Positions 38,689-51,585 of a DNA stretch of 64,000 nt are shown one piece after another. Position 1 is the first letter of the stretch. Each line of letters starts with the position of its first letter. Below the pieces are notes generated by a model. That model searched no databases. It saw only the letters and a list, made by a program, of their open reading frames with translations, and was not told where the DNA came from. The DNA comes from Lingula anatina (Eukaryota; Animalia; Brachiopoda), in assembly GCA_051362555.1 (NCBI GenBank), contig CM120640.1, positions 28,730,503-28,794,502 of the forward strand. Reading direction: 5' to 3'. The position numbers and the translations under genes were made by a program.

Positions 38689-40923
38689 TTGATGCCCTTT
38701 GCTTACGAAACTGGCCAGTTATCGGTGACGCAAAAACAAGGCATAATCACTTGCCTCCCGAAGGGAGATAAACCACGCCACTTTCTTAAAAACTGGCGCC
38801 CCATATCACTTCTCAATACTATATACAAGATCGCCTCGGGTTCGATAGCTGCTAGGGTAAAACTAGTGTTAGATAAATTAATATATCCGGAACAAACCGG
38901 TTTCATGGCTGGCAGATATATCGGAGAGAACACGCGACTTATATACGATGCAATGCAGTATACTGAGGAAGAAAATATTCCTGGGTTACTGTTATTAATT
39001 GACTTTGAAAAGGCATTCGATTCCTTGTCTTGGTCATTCATTCAAAAGGTTCTGACCTTTTTTAACTTTGGTGATTCAGTCAGGAGATGGGTATCATTGT
39101 TCTACAATGACATCTCTGCTACAATAAATCAAGGGGGGAATATGTCGGAATTCTTTAAAATTAATAGAGGATGCCGTCAGGGGGATCCCCTCTCACCCTA
39201 TCTCTTTATTCTATGCGCCGAAATATTGGCGGCGTTTATAAGAAACAATGACAATATAAAGGGTATTAATATAGGTGCAAAAGAATTAAAAATTTCATTA
39301 TATGCAGATGACACTACTCTTATACTTGACGGGAGTGAAAAGTCACTGAATGAATGTATGTTTGTCTTGGATAAATTTTCGAAGATCTCCGGTCTGCATA
39401 TTAATCTCTCTAAAACTGAAGTTATATGGATTGGGTCAAAGCGATACTCTAAAGATATCCTCTGCCCAAAATATAGATTAGATTGGGGAAAAACTAGTTT
39501 CAAAATGCTAGGGATAGAATTTGACGTAGATTTAGGTAAGATAACGAAGCAAAATATGGAGACCAAATTAACTTCCATGAAAAAAATATTTAATCAGTGG
39601 AGAGTAAGAAATATAACACCAATTGGTAAAATAACAGTAATAAAAACATTAGCCTTGCCGGTATTGAATCATATATTTATATCGCTCCCAAACCCAGAGG
39701 AAAAACAGATTAAAGAATTAGAAAAGTGTCTTTTTTCTTTTCTTTGGAATAATAAACCTGATAAAATTAAAAGAAATATCATTATAAGAGATTATAAAGC
39801 TGGGGGCTTGAGGATGGTAAGCGTGAGGCATTTTATAAAATCGTTAAAAATTCCGTGGGTAAGAAGACTTATGTTCGAAAATAAAGAATGGAAAAATATT
39901 ATATCTAAATATGTAGACACTGAAAAACTAATCACATGTGGTACAGAATATATCTCAAAAATCTTGAAAAACATAAAAAATAGATTCTGGATTGATGCCT
40001 TAGCAGCCTGGAAAGAACTTTGTGGTACAATAATGGCCAATAAAATCAAGGATTTTGGTAACATTCCACTCTTTCTAAATGAAAATATACTTATTGGAAA
40101 TAAACCTGTCTTCTATACATCGTGGTACGACAAAAACATTAGATTTGTTAATGATTTACTCCTGGACTCTGGAGAGTTCTATGACTTCACTGAGTTCAGG
40201 GACATCCACGGTATTGACACAAATTTTGTCGAATACCATGGAATTATCTCAGCCATAAAAGAATGGCTTGGTGGTATTCCTGAAAAATTAAGTAAAATTG
40301 CCACTCCTTTAATTCCTGATCATATATTGTTGCTGTCAGGTTGTTCAAAAGGCTCAAAGATTTATTATAAAACTTTAAGTAAAGTAGGTGTTCTTGAGAT
40401 GTCAAAAGGTATGAATAAATGGAAGGAGTTGTTAAATTTGGAGGAAAATGAATGCCCGAAGATTTTCGAACTTCCTTTCACAATAACAAAAGATTCAAAG
40501 CTTCACTGGTTCCAATTTCGAATTAATCATAATATCCTTACCACAAATTCACTGCTTTTCAAATACAAAATGGTCGATAGCAGTATATGTTCCCTTTGCA
40601 AAGGAGCTGAAGAAACAACTGAGCATTTATTCTGGAATTGTGCGGTTACCCAAAAATTATTGACCGATTTGGAAGAATATATATTATCTAATACTCAACT
40701 TACTCTACCTGTCTCAAAAAGGAATTGCTTAGTCGGCTCTACGAGCCTCTCTCCAATTATTAATCTCATTATGTTGCAATTTAAATTTTATATTTATTTA
40801 AGAAGATGTTCACAGGGTAAACCAACATTAGGAGGTTTGATTTCATCGCTTAGATATCTGGTGAAAACAGATAAGTCAATCTGTCAGTACAATTCAAATA
40901 TAATTAAGTTATTTTCAATTTGA
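38689..40923 (+). CDS. LINE ORF2 fragment: reverse transcriptase plus C-terminal zinc knuckle (endonuclease missing)
   Basis: Motifs NWRPISLLN, LLIDFEKAFDS, RGCRQGDPLSPYLF, YADD and CSLCKGAEETTEHLFWNC. The first codons come from the target site. Confidence 0.85.
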   Translation: MMPFAYETGQLSVTQKQGIITCLPKGDKPRHFLKNWRPISLLNTIYKIASGSIAARVKLVLDKLIYPEQTGFMAGRYIGENTRLIYDAMQYTEEENIPGLLLLIDFEKAFDSLSWSFIQKVLTFFNFGDSVRRWVSLFYNDISATINQGGNMSEFFKINRGCRQGDPLSPYLFILCAEILAAFIRNNDNIKGINIGAKELKISLYADDTTLILDGSEKSLNECMFVLDKFSKISGLHINLSKTEVIWIGSKRYSKDILCPKYRLDWGKTSFKMLGIEFDVDLGKITKQNMETKLTSMKKIFNQWRVRNITPIGKITVIKTLALPVLNHIFISLPNPEEKQIKELEKCLFSFLWNNKPDKIKRNIIIRDYKAGGLRMVSVRHFIKSLKIPWVRRLMFENKEWKNIISKYVDTEKLITCGTEYISKILKNIKNRFWIDALAAWKELCGTIMANKIKDFGNIPLFLNENILIGNKPVFYTSWYDKNIRFVNDLLLDSGEFYDFTEFRDIHGIDTNFVEYHGIISAIKEWLGGIPEKLSKIATPLIPDHILLLSGCSKGSKIYYKTLSKVGVLEMSKGMNKWKELLNLEENECPKIFELPFTITKDSKLHWFQFRINHNILTTNSLLFKYKMVDSSICSLCKGAEETTEHLFWNCAVTQKLLTDLEEYILSNTQLTLPVSKRNCLVGSTSLSPIINLIMLQFKFYIYLRRCSQGKPTLGGLISSLRYLVKTDKSICQYNSNIIKLFSI

Positions 40924-41053
40924 AGATTTAGCGTACGACGATGTAATTAACTAAAAAGTGTTATATAGTATAACATCTCTTATGTGTGAGTGTGTGAGCG
41001 AGTGTCTGTTTGTTTGTATTTGTATTGTCATGTTTTCTTGATGTATTGTGTCA

Positions 41054-41082
<29 letters not shown>
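38698..41082 (+). mobile_element. Young 5'-truncated L1/Tx1-clade LINE
   Basis: 15-bp TSD aaattcttgatgccc (38683-38697 and 41083-41097), AATAAA plus poly(A) tail, uninterrupted ORF2 remnant. Confidence 0.92.
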
Positions 41083-41087
<5 letters not shown>

Positions 41088-41770
41088 CTTGATGCCCAAA
41101 TCTGATTTCTGTCTACAAAGGAGAGTGGTGATGTGTTGTCAGTAGGTGCTGTTGGTGAGAGCAAATGGGATTGCATGTAAAGTGATAATAAACTCACCAT
41201 TTTTACTTTTTGTTTTCAGCAAGCAGAGGAGAATAGACATCTATTTTCTTAAGATGAAGAAATGCAGATTGTCCTTAGAGCAGGGGTTTCTGCAGGATTT
41301 GCATCACAGTAGGTCAACATTCCAAAACGTTGATCTGTAATTTGGCAATTTGGTCGCCAATTTACAGGAAATCCAAGTCATCCAGCCTTCTTTGAAAAAC
41401 ATAGGTTGTCTATTAAGTCCATAGGCCAACTAAATGAACACTGGATGGCTATATATGAAATATGCATGATATGAGGAGAATTGACATCAGTATTATAAGT
41501 AATACAAATTCAGCAATTTATGTTGTAAAAAAAAAAATACTTTACATACTGTATATATGTAGGCTACTCTATTTACATATGTACAAATATTATGAAACAA
41601 AATTACATGTTTATTATATACAACTTGTACAATTGTAAAATTGAGTACATTTCACTTGGGATGATTATAAAACCATTTAACTCACTTGTTACAACTTACT
41701 TACATTTAAATCTGCCATCACCTAATTGAAAATAATTTACTATTTTTTTTATAAAATTTGAACACAATAC

Positions 41771-41828
41771 CTTAATTCTCCCTCAGTAGATGGACCTAAT
41801 TTTTCATCAAGATCAATTTCTACAAACC
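41771..41828 (-). pseudogene. Lone duplicate exon 5' downstream of copy D (partner exon 6' deleted)
   Basis: ccag|GGTTTGTAGAAATTGATCTTGATGAAAAATTAGGTCCATCTACTGAGGGAGAATTAAG|gtattg, carrying the +4 insertion. The exon 6' region is missing at ~41630. Confidence 0.55.
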
Positions 41829-41891
41829 CTGGTGGGAAAAAAGAAATATTTGATTCGAAAATTTTGATTCTTGAAAAAAATCTCTTTTCAG

Positions 41892-42747
41892 AAACAGTAC
41901 AAAAAGGCTATTGAAGACTGTACCAAAGCACTAGAACTTAATCCTAATTATCTCAAAGCACTTTTAAGGAGGGCAGAAATGTATGAAAAGACTGAAAAAT
42001 TAGATGAGGCATTAGAAGATTACAAAAAATTAATTGAAATGGATCCAACACAACATACTGTGAGGGAAGCATGTATTGTAAGTCTGGTATCATAAAAACA
42101 GTCTCAAATACTACATATTTGTGTTACATGGTTTTCTGTAATGTGCCCATGTGTAGTAAGTGAAATATTAAAATGGTGGTCATATATGTTTAAAAGCATT
42201 GCAAATTTGCAATAGAAAAAATGCGAATAGTACTAAAATGTAACAGTGCAATATTTAATTAAATTTAAAGATATTAAAATAATTACAAGTCAGCATATTG
42301 TTTTTATTCATAAGAGAACTAATCAGTGAACTTTTGAATCTGATTTAATCTGTGTTTATTTTCATCTCTTCAGCGATTGCCACAGCAAATAACAGAAAGA
42401 AATGAGAAAATGAAAGATGAAACGATAGGTAATTTTCATCTTTCAGTCCTACATTTTGAAATATTTTACATTAAAGCAAAATCTTTTAGACTGGTCTTTT
42501 GCTCTTTGATTTTAATAAAAATCAACATTTTTATTAAAAATTTGATTCTTGAAACATTTGAGTTTTGTATTCATCTTATCATTCAGAGCAATTGTCAAAG
42601 TATTTATATTTTCTCATTCTAGGAAAGTTAAAAGAACTGGGGAACATGGTACTAAAGCCCTTTGGAATGTCTACTGACAATTTCAAATTACAGCAAGATC
42701 CAAATACAGGATCATATTCTGTGCAGTTTCAACAAAATGCAAAATAG
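41892..42747 (+). pseudogene. TTC1: TTC1 3' fragment with three intact exons: 41892-42077, 42374-42428, 42623-42747
   Basis: All AG/GT sites and the reading frame are intact (KQYKKAIEDCTKALELNP...QFQQNAK*), but the unit has no upstream TTC1 exons. Confidence 0.85.
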
Positions 42748-43770
42748 ATTGAAAAAATATCAAGGGTGGTGATCCTTTATACCACAAGTACAAGTTTACC
42801 AGGTATTGGTCCAGTCAGAAGCTGCAATTAGAACTTTTCTAAAATAGAGAATGTAGCTGGCTTCATCATCCTTCAGATGCCTTAAATGGTTTAGCTCAGT
42901 AGCAAGATTATTCTGATATTTATCAACTTGTTTAAAGGGGTACCACACAGCAGATATTCCTAACATAAGCCAACTAAAAACTATAAGGGATAAAGACATA
43001 AGAATTTGCTTGATAGGCAAAATGACTGCTCAGGCATGGGTTTTTTTTTAAATATTAATTTAAGGTGATTTTTAAATATTTCCTGCCAAAATGAAGTCTT
43101 GATGCCTATATCTTGTCTATCTACATAAGGAAGCAGTGCTGTGTCATCAATAGGTGCTGATGGTGAGAGAAAATCTGATTGTGAATAGAGTAAAACAAGA
43201 CGCCTTTTTAACTTTTTGAGCAAGCAGGAAGGAAAAGACATCTATTAACCCAAGAGAAAGAAATGCAGATTGTCCTTATTTTAGAGTACAATTCTTTTTA
43301 TATCTGTTCGAGTTAAAGAAAACAATCTATGGCCTCATTCATTCGATGTCTCTTTTGAGTTGGTTGTAGTTCACTTGGATATAAGACTGATTGCAACAAT
43401 AAAATAATGCAATTTGTTGTCTTTATATGATTTCTTTATCATAAATATATATACATATGTGATATGTACATAACTTTTCACATAAATATAATAAATGTGT
43501 ACAAATTAAGTAACTGATGCTGCAAAACAAATAATAATAATAACGAACAACTTTTTATATATATTTACCATGGTATTCTATTTACATATGTACAAACATG
43601 AAACAAAAAATTCATGTTTACTATATACAACCTGAACAAGTAAAAGCTCTCAAGATTGTTCATAATGTCCATTACAGTTAATGGGTGCATATACATGGGT
43701 GGTTTTTCATGCATGCACAAGGTCCAAGTTATTTTTTCATACAGTTTTTATGAAAAAAAAAATAGTCATT

Positions 43771-45490
43771 TTAGTGCTTCATTAACAGTCGTAGCTTTGC
43801 CATCAACCAAGATTTTAATTTTTTCACCCTGCTAAGGATGGTAGTCCTGGGCTGGGACACTGTATATAAAGGAAAAGCATATTTGTGAAATGAGACACAA
43901 ATTATCTCTTTAAAAAATTTCATTGAGGTATACTATTCACATTTTGATATTTATACAGATACCAAATTTAGAACGGGAAAGATTAAGAAGAATGGAAAAA
44001 AATTTACATTGAATTCTGCTAGTTGTTGAATAATGAAATAAAATACCTTTTCCCTCTGTAGTTGGAGCTAAGTTTTCATCATCAAGAGGGATATCTACAA
44101 ATCCTGTGGAAAAACAAAAATTATTGTCAAGGCGAAATATCATGGTGCCGTATTAGAATTGTAGTTGTATTTGTGTAAGGAAGGGATCTTTTCTATTACT
44201 ATACAATATGTTAAATATGCTATGCTTGGGTGAAAAAAAAAAGTAGAATAACCTTTGCACTTCACAACATTTGAGTAGCTAACTGTCGTTTAAGAAAAAA
44301 ATGTGAACAGTTTTGGATTTCATATTTGCTTGTACGCCGTTAAGCCCTGAGACTTTACCTTGATCAATACTGCTTAGTAGCTAACTGTCATTTAAGAAAA
44401 AAATGTGAACAATTTTGGGTTTCATATTTACATGTTAGACTAAAGTCCTGATACTCTACCTTGATCAATACTGCTTTCCTTTTCCCAAAATGTGCGACAG
44501 CCAAAGGTAGAATCTATCTGCACAAACACAGCCTCTCTCTGTACCCGCTCTGGGACTAGAACACCGCTGCTGGGTGTAAGTTTTCTCAGGTGATAGATGC
44601 CCTCCACAGCTGAAATAAGGTAAAATCATGGAAATATTTGCTGTTAAAATACAAGCTATATTAATAAATGAATGGAAAGGATCCATATCTGCATTTGAAA
44701 AAAAAACAATCATAAAGAATTCATTTTATCTCAGGCATTTGTTTTATACTATTTCCAATGCTGAAAATTTACAAACATGAAGGTAGGCTTTTACCTTGAA
44801 GTACACAGTCATCTTTTCCAAAAAATGTACAGCAGCCATTTGTGGAAACTGCCTGTACAAATACATTGTCTTTTTGTTCCTGCTTTGGAACTAGAACAGC
44901 AACATTGGGTGTACTGTTTTGTGGATGGTAAATGCCCTTAAGGCCTGGAAATGAAAAATAAATATTGATGTTAGATTCATGCATCTTTAATAACAGTCAT
45001 ATCAAGAATAAAAGATGTGCTTCTGATTTTGAAAACCTTCACATGCAAACAAATGCCCCTAGCTATTTGCTCACCTTTTTCATCACTCCATCTTTCTATC
45101 ATTTCCATAACAAAGGACTCCAATTTTAACATTTTAAACTGAAAATGTTGAGAAAATAAAAAACTAAATAAAAAATCATATAAACAATAACACCCTAACA
45201 AAAAATAAGAAAAAGAATGAATAATTTTTTTAATGAAAGAAAGTAAGAAAAGGAAGGACAGAAAAAAATAATTAAACCAATGAATAACAATGAAAGCAAA
45301 TATAAATGTTATGACAGATAATTCCAACTCGAAGTGGCAGTTGGATTCCTGTTTGGGTAAGAGTAAAAGAAATCTAGGAAACTTTCAAAACATATGATAA
45401 AAACCCCATTCAAGAAATTTTTCAATAAAAACAATTATTTGGCTTGTCCTCATTTGGTGTTTATTTATTTCATTTTTGAAGGTTCTTCTG

Positions 45491-45537
<47 letters not shown>

Positions 45538-46865
45538 AAAATGGAGCTCAAATGAGTTAACATGAGAATGTGGGATACACACTGGCGAAAAACATCAAGG
45601 ATAAATGGTGCTTTTTGTATTAAATTTTGTTCACTTTCAAACTTTCAAACTTTCTAAAAGCATTTTGAATCATTCAGTTATATATTCCATTTCATACTTC
45701 AACAATAAAGCTCAGAAATAGCCTTTTACGTAAGGCTCATAACATATATGGTATTGTCCATACGGTTAGCGTGCAGTTCATTTCTATCAATGGAAAACTT
45801 GGAATCATGATAAATGAAGAAAAATTAACCACTTTTTGACAGAATAAAGTGTCCAAGAAGCAAAATGAGATTGCAATACAGATAAATTTATCAAAAAATA
45901 AATGTTTTTAATTTACTAATTATTCAATTTAATGTTTTTTAACATGCAAATCAAAATAATGTACGTTTTGAATCCAGAAATTGGCGGCCATTTTGGATTT
46001 TTATACCCTGAACAAAATCTCAAAACAATTTAAATTATTCAGTCATACATTTCATACCATGACCTGTGCAATAAATCCTCCATTAAGTAGTCTGAGATGT
46101 TTTATACTGAGAAAGGCTTGTTGACATATCAAAACAAAAAGCCCATTTTATGTGGTGGCCATCTTGGATTAGAGCCATCTGTGTTCAAATGTACAATTTT
46201 GTGATAAATTAACTGTTAAAAATTAAAAATATAGACTTCAACTTATTCAAATACATCAAAACATGTAAAATATTCCCAATTTTTGGTTAATAAAAAAAAA
46301 ATCAAATTTAGGTATTTGTATTTTTTCACAAAAAGTAAGGAAAATGGCCGCCATCTTGGATTCAGTCGCCATCTTGAAAAATGTAAAGTGCCTGAAAAAT
46401 CAAAGAAGGCCAAAGTACTTGTGATCAGTGCAAATTTTGATAATATTAAGTTGTTAAGTAACTTTTAAATCAATTTTTGTATTTACAGTTGACACATGAA
46501 TTTACTGGCGGCCATCTTGGATTTGGCCTGTTTCCGGTACAAACGGACACTTTTTCAAGCCGGAAACAAGCAGAAATGAAAAATTCAGGTTCTAAACTAC
46601 AATAATCAATCATAAAACCTTTGCCTGACGGGGGGTGCAGCCAAATTGGATTTTTTGGCCTTTGGCTCATGGACTATATAGCCGTACGAAAATTTCTTTT
46701 GCCGATTTTTCGTAAAATGTATGCCCACATGCATAAAAAACATATAAGAAGAAAAGTAACTGGCGTGACTTAATTACTCTAGCATATAAAACATTATAAA
46801 AATATTATTGTCTTCGATTAAATGAAAATATCTTCCTGAATTTTTTCGATACTCACCTCGCTCAT
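43771..46865 (-). CDS. Six-exon gene of unknown function, copy D, 172 aa
   Basis: Exons 46857-46865, 45075-45138, 44795-44944, 44460-44609, 44047-44103, 43771-43859; GT-AG, open frame. The last exon has an in-frame 3-nt deletion (VSQPRTTILSRVKKLKSWLMAKLRLLMKH*). Confidence 0.8.
45533..46676. mobile_element. One-ended DNA transposon fragment (Academ-like) in intron 1 of copy D
   Basis: Absent from intron 1 of the other copies. Contains repeated GGCGGCCATCTTGGA(T)-type motifs; the terminus reads TAGTCCATGAGCC on the minus strand. The other end was lost with ~80 bp of host intron. Family assignment is from memory. Confidence 0.55.
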
Positions 46866-48091
46866 TGAAAAAATGCGCAAATCTGCCCGCTTTTGTTGCT
46901 AGGCACGCTCTCCAATGTGATTGGCTGAAAGTTCGCTGAAACTCGAGCGTTTACGTATTTTTCCGCCTCCGACATACATGGGAAAAGAGCGACGCCTGAA
47001 TTATTTCACAATATTTAATCGGTTGCCAGGATTCCATATCCCGTAATGAGCGATGGATGCTGTCAAATACAGTATACATTTCATTACAAAATACAGTAGG
47101 CACGTTGCCAAAGATGGTAAGTCTTTTTCTCAGTCAGAATTCTCTGATATTCTCGTTTTGTTCATTCAAATAAGGCAATATCCTGGGAATAATTTACACG
47201 TGAAATTAAGCTTCTTTCATTATTATTTCAGAACTTCAAAACACAATTTTGAAAGCTACGAGGACTTAAAAGCTATAAACCTGCGTACGTCTTTGACTTC
47301 ATAACTTCCAACACGTAATTTCATTTATTATTCACGTGAAATTTGCTGAGCAAAAAGTCAATTTTGTAAGTCGGCATTATTTTAACAAAAGTTGTTTTTT
47401 TCATGTAGATCTACTTTAACTGTGTTCGCTCCATCAATGCCAAACCGTTTTTTTTTTTTCTAAATCTTTGTTGAGGTGTTTTGTTCAGGAAAAAGACCCC
47501 TTTCACTTTTTTATATATCAGCATGATAAAAAAAAAAGCTTTAAATATATCTTGTAACACAGCTTCATGTAGACTTAAAGGGCCTAGCAATTAAATTTCA
47601 GAGTGGTTTTATTTTAGCTTTAAATGCTATATAGGCCACTGTAAGGATAGCATGTGTGGTAGGTGCATTGTAAGTGTATTATTACAAATACTGGTCTTAG
47701 ATATTAGAGTGGTGATGTGTGGTCAATAGGTGCTGTTGGTGAGAGCAAATGGGATTGCATGTAAAGTGATAATAAAAACACCATTTTTACTTTTTGTTTT
47801 CAGCAAGCAGAGGAGATTAGACATCTATTTTCTTAAGATGAAGAAATGCAGATTGTCCTTAGAGCAGGGGTTTCTGCAGGATTTGCATCACAGTAGGTCA
47901 ACATTCCAAAGCGTTGATCTGTAATTTGGTAATTTGGTCACCAATTTACAGGAAATCCAACTACAAATATACTGTCATTCCCAAAAATTTCATAAGCCAT
48001 CCAGCCTTTTTTGAAAAACATAGGTTGTCTATTGATTCCACAGGCCATCTAAATTAACACTGGATGGCTATCTGGGAAAAAACTTGCCTTA

Positions 48092-48311
48092 CGCCCCATT
48101 TCCATAGATTTTTAGATCGATCTATCCCTGTGGGGAGTCTCACTAGATTACTGTCAGCTTGACCGGTTTAAGCGTCTGTCCTGCCTACTAAAAGCTGTAA
48201 GGCGATAATTAACTATGGTGCCCGCTCGGCTGACTGCAATTTAGCGTGAACCCCCAGGGAGTTAGGTTGATCCAAAACTTAATCTTTAGATTGATCTAAA
48301 TCTCTCGACCC
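48092..48311. mobile_element. ~220-bp palindromic MITE-like insertion
   Basis: Absent from other units (cttgccttagagtcaatttg). Nested imperfect inverted repeats tttagatcgatcta/tagattgatctaaa and ggggagtctcactagattactgtcagc/gctgactgcaatttagcgtgaaccccc; possible TTA/TGA duplication. A related decayed piece is at ~57690-57810. Confidence 0.55.
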
Positions 48312-48622
48312 TGAGGGTCAATTTGATCTTTTTATGTCTTGTAACACAGCTTAAGATAACAATATGTGGCCTCTTTCAGTCTCTATAAATATAAAAACGT
48401 AGTGATTGTAGCTTGGATAAATGACTGACTGTTACAAGTAAATTAATGAATGCAGTTTTTTTACATGCTTGTTTTTATATTAAATATAAATTGATATATA
48501 TGAAATACACATGATTTGAGGGGAATTGACATCAGTATTATAAGTAATGCAGATTAAGCAATTTATTTTTGTAAAAAAAAAATAATACTTTAATGTTGAA
48601 TATACTTTTCATATGTATATGT

Positions 48623-49287
48623 CCATTCCATTCCATTCATTATGCCTCTATCTCCTCAGGGGAGCAAAGGGCCGCAGCAGCACTCTTCCAACGGATAAGA
48701 TTGGTGACAACATGCATCCCTGACGTACGGCGGTCTGTATCTGGAAGGGCTCAGTTACCTTTCCCTCGTGTATGACTTGGCAGGCTGCATCTTCATACAG
48801 CTGCTGAATGATGGTGATGTACTTTGGGGGAAAGCCATAGTGCTGCATCAGTTTCCAGATGCCCTCCCTGTCCACGCTGTCAAATGCCTTCTGGAAGTCT
48901 ACAAAAACGCTGTACAGTGGTGTCTGCCACTCCTATGACTGCTCTATGATGATTCTCATTGTGGCGATGTGGTTTGTACAGGATCTATCTTTGTAGAAGC
49001 CTGCTTGTTCATCTCGCAGGGTCTTGTTGAGGGCAGTCTTAAGTCTCTCCAAGATGACTTTTGACAGTACTTTTCCAGATATAGAAAGTAGTATAATCCC
49101 TCTCCAGTTGTTGCACAAGGTGAGGTCTCCTTTCTTAAGTAGTTTCACAATGCAGCCCTTCTTCCAGTCCTCTGGTACTGCTTCCTTCTCCCAGATCTTT
49201 ACTAGCAATGGGTGCAGCATGTTTGTTGATATCTGGACATCTGCCTTCAGGGCTTCTGGTGGAATGCCATCTGGTCTTGCTGCTTTG
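48623..49287 (-). mobile_element. RTE-clade LINE fragment (part of RT joined to the 3' tail)
   Basis: PDGIPPEALK, VPEDWKKG, CNNWRGIILLS, EQAGF, FVDFQKAFDSVDR, VRQGCMLSPIL, with an internal stop. (AATGG)n tail at ~48623-48640. Confidence 0.85.
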
Positions 49288-49404
49288 CATTCCATTCAAA
49301 ACTGCAGTGAATTAATGGATGCATGTACATGGGTATTTATTCATGCACAATGTCCAAGTAATTTTGCTCATACTGTTTATGAAAAAATTGTGAACAGTCA
49401 TTTT

Positions 49405-51424
49405 AGTATTTGACTAGCTGTCGCAGCTTGGTCATGATCATCGATCCAAAACTTAAATTTTTTTATCCTGCTTAGGATGGGTGTCTTAATTCCTGGGCTT
49501 GGACACTTCCCAAAGGCTTTCACCAGCTGGCATCGTGGACTCTACCTCAGCCATGCCGTTTTCGGTATTTGTTGTTGTGGTTTCTGTAACAGCTTGGTTT
49601 TTATAGAATAGAGATGTTAGCCCTATTCAAACCCCCAACCTGGAGGGCCAGTGAGTGCTCTTCGTCTGGTTTCTACCCTTTAACATGTCTGACTTGGGTG
49701 ACTCTCCCAGGAGATAACTCTCCCACCAGCATAGCTCTCAGGGTCCTCGAGACGCACAAGCCCCCCAACCAGCAACAAAGTTGCACTCTCTGGGAGGTAT
49801 CATATATATGTGTGTGGTATTCTTTTTACCATTGTACAAATATTATGAAACAAAATTACATGTGTTTTATGTACAACATGCACAGGCTTTTTCAGGAATG
49901 CTAATTAATTCCATTCAAAACTGCAGTGAATGGATGCATAGATAGGTATTTGTTCATGCATAATGTCCAAGTGATTTTTCTCATACAGTTTATGAAAAAA
50001 TTGTGATCAGTCATTTTAGTATTTGATTAATTGTCGCAGCTTGGTCACGATCCAAGACTTAAATTTCTTCATCCTGCTTAGGATGGGTGTCTTCCTGGGC
50101 TTGGACACTACATGTTTCGTATAGGTTTCTGATGTTCCAGGTCCCTATCCTGGTGTTGGCTTTGGTTGTCAGAAGAGTAGTCTGCGCACTGTCTTCCCAA
50201 AGGCTTTCACCAGCTGGCATCGTGGGCTCTACTGGAGAAGACTCTACCTCAGCCATGCCGTTTTCGGTATTTGTTGTTGTGGTTTCTGTAACAGCTTGGT
50301 TTTTATAGAATAGAGATGTTAGCCCTTTTCAAACCCCCAACCTGGAGGGCCAGTGAGTGCTCTTCGTCTGGTTTCTACCCTTTGACATGTCTGACTTGGA
50401 CGACTCTCCCAGGACATAACTCTCCCACCAGCAAAGCTCTCAGGATCCTCGAGACGCACAAGCCCCCCAACCAGCAACAAAGTTGCACTCTCTGGGAGGT
50501 ATCATATATATATGTGTTATTCTATTTACCATTGTACAAATATTATGAAACAAAATTACATGTGTTTTATGTACAACATGCACAGGCTTTTTCAGGAATG
50601 CTAATTAATTCCATTCAAAACTGCAGTGAATGGATGCATAGATGGGTATTTAATTGTTCATGCACAATGTCCAAGTGATTTTTCTTATACAGTTTATGAA
50701 AAAAATTGTGAACAGTCATTTTAGTATTTGATTAATTGTCGCAGCTTGGTCATGATCCAAGACTTAAATTTCTTCATCCTGCTTAGGATGGGTGTCTTCC
50801 TGGGCTTGGACACTACATGTTTCGTATAGGTTTCTGATGTTCCAGGTCCCTATCCTGGTGCTGGCTTTGGTTGTCAGAAGAGTAGTCTGCGCACTGTCTT
50901 CCCAAAGGCTTTCACCAGCTGGCATCGTGGACTCTACTGGAGAAGACTCTACCTCAGCCATGCCGTTTTCGGTATTTGTTGTTGTGGTTTCTGTAACAGC
51001 TTGGTTTTTATAGAATAGAGATGTTAGCCCTATTCAAACCCCAACCTGGAGGGCCAGTGAGTGCTCTTCGTCTGGTTTCTACCCTTTAACATGTCTGACT
51101 TGGGTGACTCTCCCAGGAGATAACTCTCCCACCAGCATAGCTCTCAGGGTCCTCGAGACGCACAAGCCCCCCAACCAGCAACAAAGTTGCACTCTCTGGG
51201 AGGTATCATATATATATGTGTGCTATTCCATTCAAAACTGCAGTGAATGGATGCATAGATGGGTATTTGTTCATGCACAATGTCCAAGTGATTTTTCTCA
51301 TACAGTTTATGAAAAAATTGTGAACAGTCATTTTAGTATTTGATTAACTGGCGCAGCTTGGTCATGATCCAAAACTTAAATTTCTTTATCCTGCTTAGGA
51401 TGTGTTTCTTCCTGGGCTTGGACA
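49405..51424 (-). repeat. ~705-bp chimeric tandem repeat: RTE 5' end alternating with duplicate exon 6' of the six-exon gene
   Basis: RTE 5' pieces at ~49507-49797, 50111-50498 and 50816-51203 (the latter two ...TRIGTWNIRNLYET, start of the APE endonuclease). Exon 6' copies at ~49405-49505, 50016-50107, 50721-50812 and 51333-51424. Confidence 0.8.
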
Positions 51425-51585
51425 CTATATGTAAAGGAAAAAGTTTATATTTAAACAGGGGCACATATTTTCTCTGTAAAGAATTTTTAAAGACATATTT
51501 ATAGATCTTGGTTATAATACAAATGTCATATTGGCTACATTTCACTTGGGATGATTATAAAACCATCTAACTCACTTGTTACACC

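Noticed and set aside
38703-40064. Minus-strand ORFs of 90-126 aa
   Set aside because: Antisense shadows of the LINE ORF2.
41892-42747. Functional full TTC1 gene
   Set aside because: Only the last three exons are present, and upstream sequence is a deletion junction to unrelated unit DNA. Splicing from a distant 5' part cannot be excluded but has no support here.
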